Positions 62,970 through 64,000 of a DNA stretch of 64,000 nucleotides are shown here, one piece after another. Every line of letters starts with the position of its first letter. Position 1 is the stretch's first letter. This DNA is from Candidatus Binatia bacterium (GTDB taxonomy: Bacteria; Desulfobacterota; Binatia; Bin18): NCBI GenBank assembly GCA_963666315.2, contig CAXXHG010000014.1, positions 128,001-192,000 of the forward strand, in the 5' to 3' direction. The notes beneath the pieces are model-generated. The model did no database searches, was not told the DNA's origin, and saw only the letters and a list, made by a program, of their open reading frames with translations. The position numbers were made by a program, and so were the translations under genes.

Positions 62970-63239
62970 TTATGCGTCGCCCCCTGCTTTCAATGGGAAT
63001 CGCTCGGGATGCTCAATCGTCTGCAGTCCGAGATCTATATCCAAATCAGGCCAGTAGAAGTGCTCTGGTGTCGGCTCTTCTACATTAACGATCTTGCTAA
63101 TCGGCGCATCCCTGAACCATGGAAAATCCTCGTACGGCATAAACAGTTCTCGGTCATCTACGAGGATCCATATCCCACGCCTGGAGATATTAGTAACCTC
63201 AACCGTTGAAGTGCCGATGCCAAGCGGTTCTGAATTCAT
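62970..63239 (-). CDS. DUF2442 domain protein (putative antitoxin)
   Basis: EVTNISRRGIWIL...FPWFRDA...YWPDLDIDL...HPERFPL. Confidence 0.85.
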   Translation of the reverse strand: MNSEPLGIGTSTVEVTNISRRGIWILVDDRELFMPYEDFPWFRDAPISKIVNVEEPTPEHFYWPDLDIDLGLQTIEHPERFPLKAGGDA

Positions 63240-63242
63240 CTC

Positions 63243-63998
63243 TTATCCCCGCCCAATAAACGGCATCTTGGTCGCCATGACCGTCATGAATTGTACATTC
63301 GCATCAAGCGGCAAATTTGCCATATATACGACCGCTTGCGCGACGTGATTCAAATCAAACGTGGGTTCGACCGCGATTGAGCCGTCCGGTTGTGGGACGC
63401 CTTTTTTCATGACTGCTGTCATTTCGGTCCCAGCGTTGCCGATATCGATTTGACCACAGGCAATATCGTATTTACGCCCATCAAGTGACGTCGATTTGGT
63501 CAGCCCAGTCATGGCGTGCTTCGTTGCCGTATACGGCGCAGAGTTAGGACGCGGGACGTGGGCCGAGATGGAACCGTTATTAATGATACGCCCGCCCCTG
63601 GGTTTTTGTTCTTTCATGATCTTGAATGCTTCCTGCGTACACAGAAACGCACCGCTCAAGTTGATGTCCACAACGGCTTTCCATTGGTCGTAAGATACAT
63701 CTTCCAGAGGCACAGGCGGTGCGCCGATGCCGGCATTGTTGAACAATACGTCGAGTCGACCAAAGGTCTCTTTCGTTTGGGCGAACAAGGCACGAATAGA
63801 GTCAGGATCGCTCACATCAGTCGGCACGACGAGCGTCTTTGCATCTGCCTCAGCTTCTTGCGCCGTTGCTTCTAAGAACGCTACACGGCGGCCGGCTAAA
63901 GCTACGGCATAGCCCTCTTGCAAGAGGGCGAGTGCGGTGCATTTGCCAATGCCGGTGCCTGCGCCAGTTACGATAGCGACCTTTTTGTGCGTACTCAT
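63243..63998 (-). CDS. SDR family oxidoreductase
   Basis: [17 protein letters not shown]. Confidence 0.95.
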   Translation of the reverse strand: MSTHKKVAIVTGAGTGIGKCTALALLQEGYAVALAGRRVAFLEATAQEAEADAKTLVVPTDVSDPDSIRALFAQTKETFGRLDVLFNNAGIGAPPVPLEDVSYDQWKAVVDINLSGAFLCTQEAFKIMKEQKPRGGRIINNGSISAHVPRPNSAPYTATKHAMTGLTKSTSLDGRKYDIACGQIDIGNAGTEMTAVMKKGVPQPDGSIAVEPTFDLNHVAQAVVYMANLPLDANVQFMTVMATKMPFIGRG

Positions 63999-64000
63999 GT

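Noticed and set aside
1-64000. tRNA, rRNA and the many antisense or overlapping ORFs in the track
   Set aside because: No cloverleaf or rRNA signature was found by eye, and the shadow ORFs overlap well-supported genes and lack motifs.

Overview
A 64-kb bacterial chromosomal segment of moderately high GC. Its content (hopanoid hpnH, several LLM/F420-type oxidoreductases, CoA-transferase, CoxG, epoxide hydrolase) resembles Candidatus Binatia or related deltaproteobacteria, which is an inference. Housekeeping genes (tmk-holB-metG-tatD, ftsH, topA-trmFO, argS, a UvrD helicase) are intact. About a dozen dispensable genes carry frameshifts, nonsense codons or deletions, including the minor-pilin cluster and dprA. 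Highlights: (1) a tandem-rhodanese sulfurtransferase with TGA at the catalytic Cys position and a SECIS-like hairpin, so a probable selenoprotein; (2) two 153-bp MITE/REP-type elements bracketing a 2.4-kb block of small accessory genes, two of which share a conserved upstream module; (3) a 161-bp IS5-like MITE with a 3-bp target duplication; (4) gene remnants and a small ORF missed by the ORF track; (5) a decayed SLATT/DUF2442 islet. I saw no tRNA, rRNA, CRISPR array, integrase or transposase. All calls come from reading motifs by eye; no database was searched.
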